DNA from: Rotaria socialis
Taxonomy: Eukaryota
DNA length: 64,000 nt
Direction of reading: 5' to 3'
NCBI GenBank assembly: GCA_905331295.1
Contig: CAJNYD010000132.1
Coordinates: forward strand, 62,001-126,000
Shown here: piece by piece, positions 59,801 through 64,000 of the stretch
Numbering within the stretch: the first letter of the stretch is position 1
How the letters are laid out: every line of letters starts with the position of its first letter
Notes under the pieces: model-generated
Told to the model about the DNA's origin: nothing
Database searches by the model: none
The model's input: the letters and a program-made list of their open reading frames with translations, nothing else
Program-made: the position numbers and the translations under genes

Positions 59801-61760
59801 TTGGCAAGTATATTTTAGATCATACAACGAATTGAATATTACTTTTCACAGATTTCTATTTTTCTTCTACTGTCGATTTTAAATAAACTGATTATTCTTT
59901 AATTACATTTCATTTACTGATCTGTTTAATCGCACTACTAATATGTAGATTTTATACTCAAAAATAAGAAGTATTTCATGCACATCGAAACAGAAAAAAA
60001 GCATAAAGAATAGATATATATATCTGAAAACAAAGTAAAATGTGCATGATATGTGTTTTCTCCTAAGTTGATATCTATGAGAGTCACGGAGAATGATTCT
60101 GAAAAATTCTAGATTCATGACAAATCAAGGTACGAGACAAATTCTAGATAGCAATGCATGCTACTGTCACATGTTTACGGCTGACAATAGAACGTACTAT
60201 TCGATTTCACTTGTTTTACTTCGTCAAACTTGAGAAACTCGATTACTTTATCAAATTTATAATAAAATTTCATCGATGCGAAGAATATCGATCATCTATC
60301 ATCAGATATCAAAGAATTTAAAATAATTCAAAGTCAAAAACAAAATTGAAGTACTACGAAAGGAAAACTAAACAAATTTAAATAAGCTTCTGCACTGGCA
60401 AGCCAATAAACTCTTAGAAACGTTTTAGACCTTTCACAGACGTTTTTCCATTCTTAAAATAAAATAGAGGCATTGCTCTATCGAGCATTATCGTCAAATA
60501 CAAGTACCATTTTTTTCTCAGTTGTAAAATTTGAATTGAGAGATGTACTTCAAAGAGCTTATAAGCAGCTATTTTATAGTTGCTATATGATTACGAGTTG
60601 AATCTTTGTTTTAATTTTAAACGGATACATACTAGTAAGAATAACGAATTGTTCGAGAGTGCTCAACGTTCTCCTGAAATATTGTGTGGCATTATTTTAG
60701 GAGAAGAAATTATTTTATTTCTGCCTTAAAATAATGGCAAACTGATGCTTAAGTTAATACCTTGGATGCAAACAATATCTTTTAATAAATTGATTTGAAT
60801 ATAAGATAAATTTATTATTTTATGACCTCATTTATTTTTTAGAAAAAGCTAGAATTGATTTTTATCTAACTAATGCATGTCTGCTAGTTTTCTTTAAGTT
60901 ACACGTAAAATGAAAAGAAAAGATTTTCCATATAAGCGTTTTCAATGAAAGGAATATCATGCATGTGTCTTAATTTACTTTTGCATGCTGCAGTTTATAC
61001 GCACGTTTCGTTTTGAGAACGTACTCGTGTATATCTCTGGATTGATTAGCTGACTGTTTATGAACTTCACAATAAGTTCTTTTGATATGGCTCACAGACT
61101 TCCACAACCAGTAATAGAGTATAGAAAGATTATGCTCCACAATGATAACTAAAGACTACATAGAAGAACCAACAAATAAGACGAATAAACATAAACTGTA
61201 AGCATATGTTGATTCTATTACTTAACACCAATCAGCTCCAAAGAATAATTGACGATAATAACATAATTTATATATTTTTTCTTGTATTATCCGATTCATT
61301 GAAGAACTAATCAACCCATATTTATTCTTGTATATGAATTGCTTAGTGAAAAATAACATTGGTATTGACAAAAGACACGCGAAAAAAACGAATATAAATT
61401 ATTTATTATTCAGGTGAGAATCAACAGAAGAGAAAGAAGAAAGAATTTTTATAAAAATAGAATATCAATGATAAAATTGGTACAATAAACATAACCAGAG
61501 AGAGCGAGAGAGAACAAAGAATAACATATGATTAGTAGGTTCATTTATGATTGTAAAACAAAGATACATTAACAAAAGAAAATTTTTTTTGTTTTCTGGA
61601 ATATGCAAAAAACATGGCGGATAGCACTCATCAATTGGATTTTATTGCACATATCTATTATTTCTTGGGTTTGTTCTATTTTTAAGTTGAGGCAGTTGTG
61701 TTCGGTGAGACAACACTTCATTTGATTTTTATACCAATGAGTAAATAGATTAAATCAAGA

Positions 61761-64000
61761 TTATTCAACAGGATGATTCAAAGGAGCGTCTTCTCCATTA
61801 TTATCATCTTCGTCTAATAAATCACTGGTGAGTTCGTTGTCCATACTTGTTTTCGCTGCTAATTGTGCACAACAATGTTTAAGGCCTTTAAATACCCAAA
61901 ATGTGAATAATATATTACAAATAACGATTCGTACACTTACCTGAACAATATAGAATAGTTAGTGCTCCTGAAAATAAATAGATAGTTTAAATTTCTAGAG
62001 ATGAATTTTAAAAATCTATGAAATAAAATCAGTGAGAACTGTTTCGATTTATGAAGATAAGGTGAAAATTACTGAGTTCTCTTTACTCGAAAGGTTCTCA
62101 AAGACATAAATAGTGTCGAGCAAAGCTTTTTCCAAGCGAGTCATCCCATAAATAATGAGTTACCTTTATCTATTGGTAGGGAACATATTCTCGATGCAAG
62201 CTAAATTCAAATTTTGCTATCTTATTTTCTATGTGAAAAACTCATTTAGTTGAATTGAAATATGACGATTCACCGAGTTAACAATATGAAATATGCATAA
62301 TTTTTAAAACCTTCTCCATATAATCACATACCTAATGCTTGAACTTTTTCATCAATATTAGCAATTTTAACTTGAAGCTTTCGTTTTTCATTTTCATCAG
62401 TTAGACGATTCTCGTATTCATGAGTCATTTCTTCACGAATTTGACATTGTAAATCCATTTCTTGTTGCAAACGAGAAATCTAAACAAATATGCGTGATGT
62501 AAAAAGCTTTGAATCATTTTAGTTACTAACTTCACCATCAAGTTTTTGTTTACGATCATCGGGTGCTAATTCAGGAAATAATTCTTGTCCAAATTCACGT
62601 GCTCTAGCATAAAGTGCTGTATCATCAACAGCTCGTTCGTGTAGTAAATGCTCGAGATTTTTAATATCATTACTTTCATCTGACAAGCATTGCTAAAACA
62701 CACAAGAGTTAAAATTTAGCTTTTTTTTTAAGCTCTTTTTCTTACAGTAATGATATCTCGTAGATCAGCTTCAGCAATATTTTCATTCGGTACTAAAAAC
62801 AAACTCAATGAAGTTATCATTTACGAAAACTATCAAAAGATATTACTTGAACTTGTTGTTGACGGAGCTTTTTTCATAGGATTAATTTCAGAAGCTGAGG
62901 GTAATCGTTTAGATTTAAACTCTCGAAATCTACTATACGCTGATGACGCAGCATTTGCTAATTTTGAAGATGCATGAATCGGAGAATTTACTATTGATAC
63001 TTTCGCTGTTGGAATATTTGAGGGATCATTTATTGATTCATCACTTTTTGATAATTCTGATGTTGTTCCAATATTCGGACCGAAACTGACTGCTGTTGAA
63101 TTGAGATTTCTATTGCCAAAGGCACGAAATGAGCGACGTGCTGTTGAATCTAGCACTGAAAATGCAGCAGCCGCTTTCGTTGAAAGACGATGTGCTGTTG
63201 TTGGTAATACTATTGCTGATGTAGTTGTTGTTGTTGCTGCTGGTGCTGGTGCTGGTGCTGTTGTTGTTGCTGGGATTGTTGTTGCTGCTGCAGCTGCTAT
63301 TGCTGTTGTTGTGGTGATGGCAACGGTGGCAGTAGTGGTAGGAGTACTGGTGGCAGATGTCATAGTAGTAGTTCGATTTACATTTGGACTTGGTATTAAT
63401 TCATAATTATTTTTTATTGTAATTGAATCAGTATCATCTGCTGCTAGAACCGGACCAATATCTGATTCTACTATAATTGAACTTCTCATATCTTCATCGG
63501 GTGCTGTAGTAGTTTGGTTAGTTTTTAAACCAATGGGCTCACGTGTACACTTTATTTCCGCATTAATTTTATCTTCGCATTTTTTATGTATTGCTATTTG
63601 ACAGTCACGACATTGACGGCCAATTTTCATCCAAATTTTCCGTTTACAATAATCGCATACAGTCGCAGTTGTAAATACTTTATCATCAAAAGAATGATCG
63701 GTCAATCTAAATAGAATAATCATTTCATTAAATTTAGAAATTAGTTTTTATTTGAATTAAATTTGCCTGCGTGCAGGCGATTCTTGTTGTTCATTGATAG
63801 TATTTATATATTTCAGTTGATCTCGTTTAGTTTCTTCTTCTTTTAATTTTCTATACAGATCATTGAAAACAGGTACATTAGCTGTGAATTGCTCGTTTTT
63901 TTCTTGTGAATTTAATCTTGCTTCGATTGCTGGTCTATGTTTGACGTTTACTGTAACAAAACCATGAGCCAAATTATCATCGTAACCTTTATGAGTACTT
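61761..64000 (-). CDS. PDZD8: PDZD8-like ER contact-site lipid transfer protein, 3' part (C1 domain plus C-terminal coiled coil)
   Basis: C1 domain HSF..CDYCKRKIW..CRDCQIAIHKKC, then AREFGQELFPEL..RKQKLDGEISRLQQEMD..EKVQALGALTILYCSGLKH. Stop at 61763-61761. 5' end is outside the window. Confidence 0.85.

Noticed and set aside
63101..63406. Val/Ala-rich ORF on the + strand
   Set aside because: Antisense shadow of the Thr/Ala-rich low-complexity region of PDZD8.

Overview
AT-rich eukaryotic (animal) genomic DNA with many short (~50-70 nt) GT-AG introns. Composition, intron size and gene style suggest a bdelloid rotifer (inference). I reconstructed 12 spliced genes by hand: a predicted N-acylated Mab-21/cGAS-like protein (-), PIN4, a GALNT10-like transferase, a CDK4/6-like kinase, STPG4 (-), the COE/EBF transcription factor, a 2-TM Cys-loop protein, two tandem SAM-domain sphingomyelin-synthase-family genes, an SLC16/MCT transporter, MARCH6 (-) and MMACHC (-). 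The 3' part of PDZD8 (-) runs off the right edge, and a possible gene start lies at the left edge. Non-coding DNA holds several TIR/TSD-bounded non-autonomous DNA transposons, including a triple nested composite at 15.3-17.2 kb. Main leads: (i) an apparently catalytically dead, membrane-anchored cGAS-like protein; (ii) an SMS paralog with Gln at the head-group-selectivity position; (iii) two very tightly spaced co-oriented gene pairs with orphan splice acceptors, which are candidate trans-spliced operons; (iv) CpG-restricted decay in a foldback element. Homology calls come from motif recognition, not database searches.
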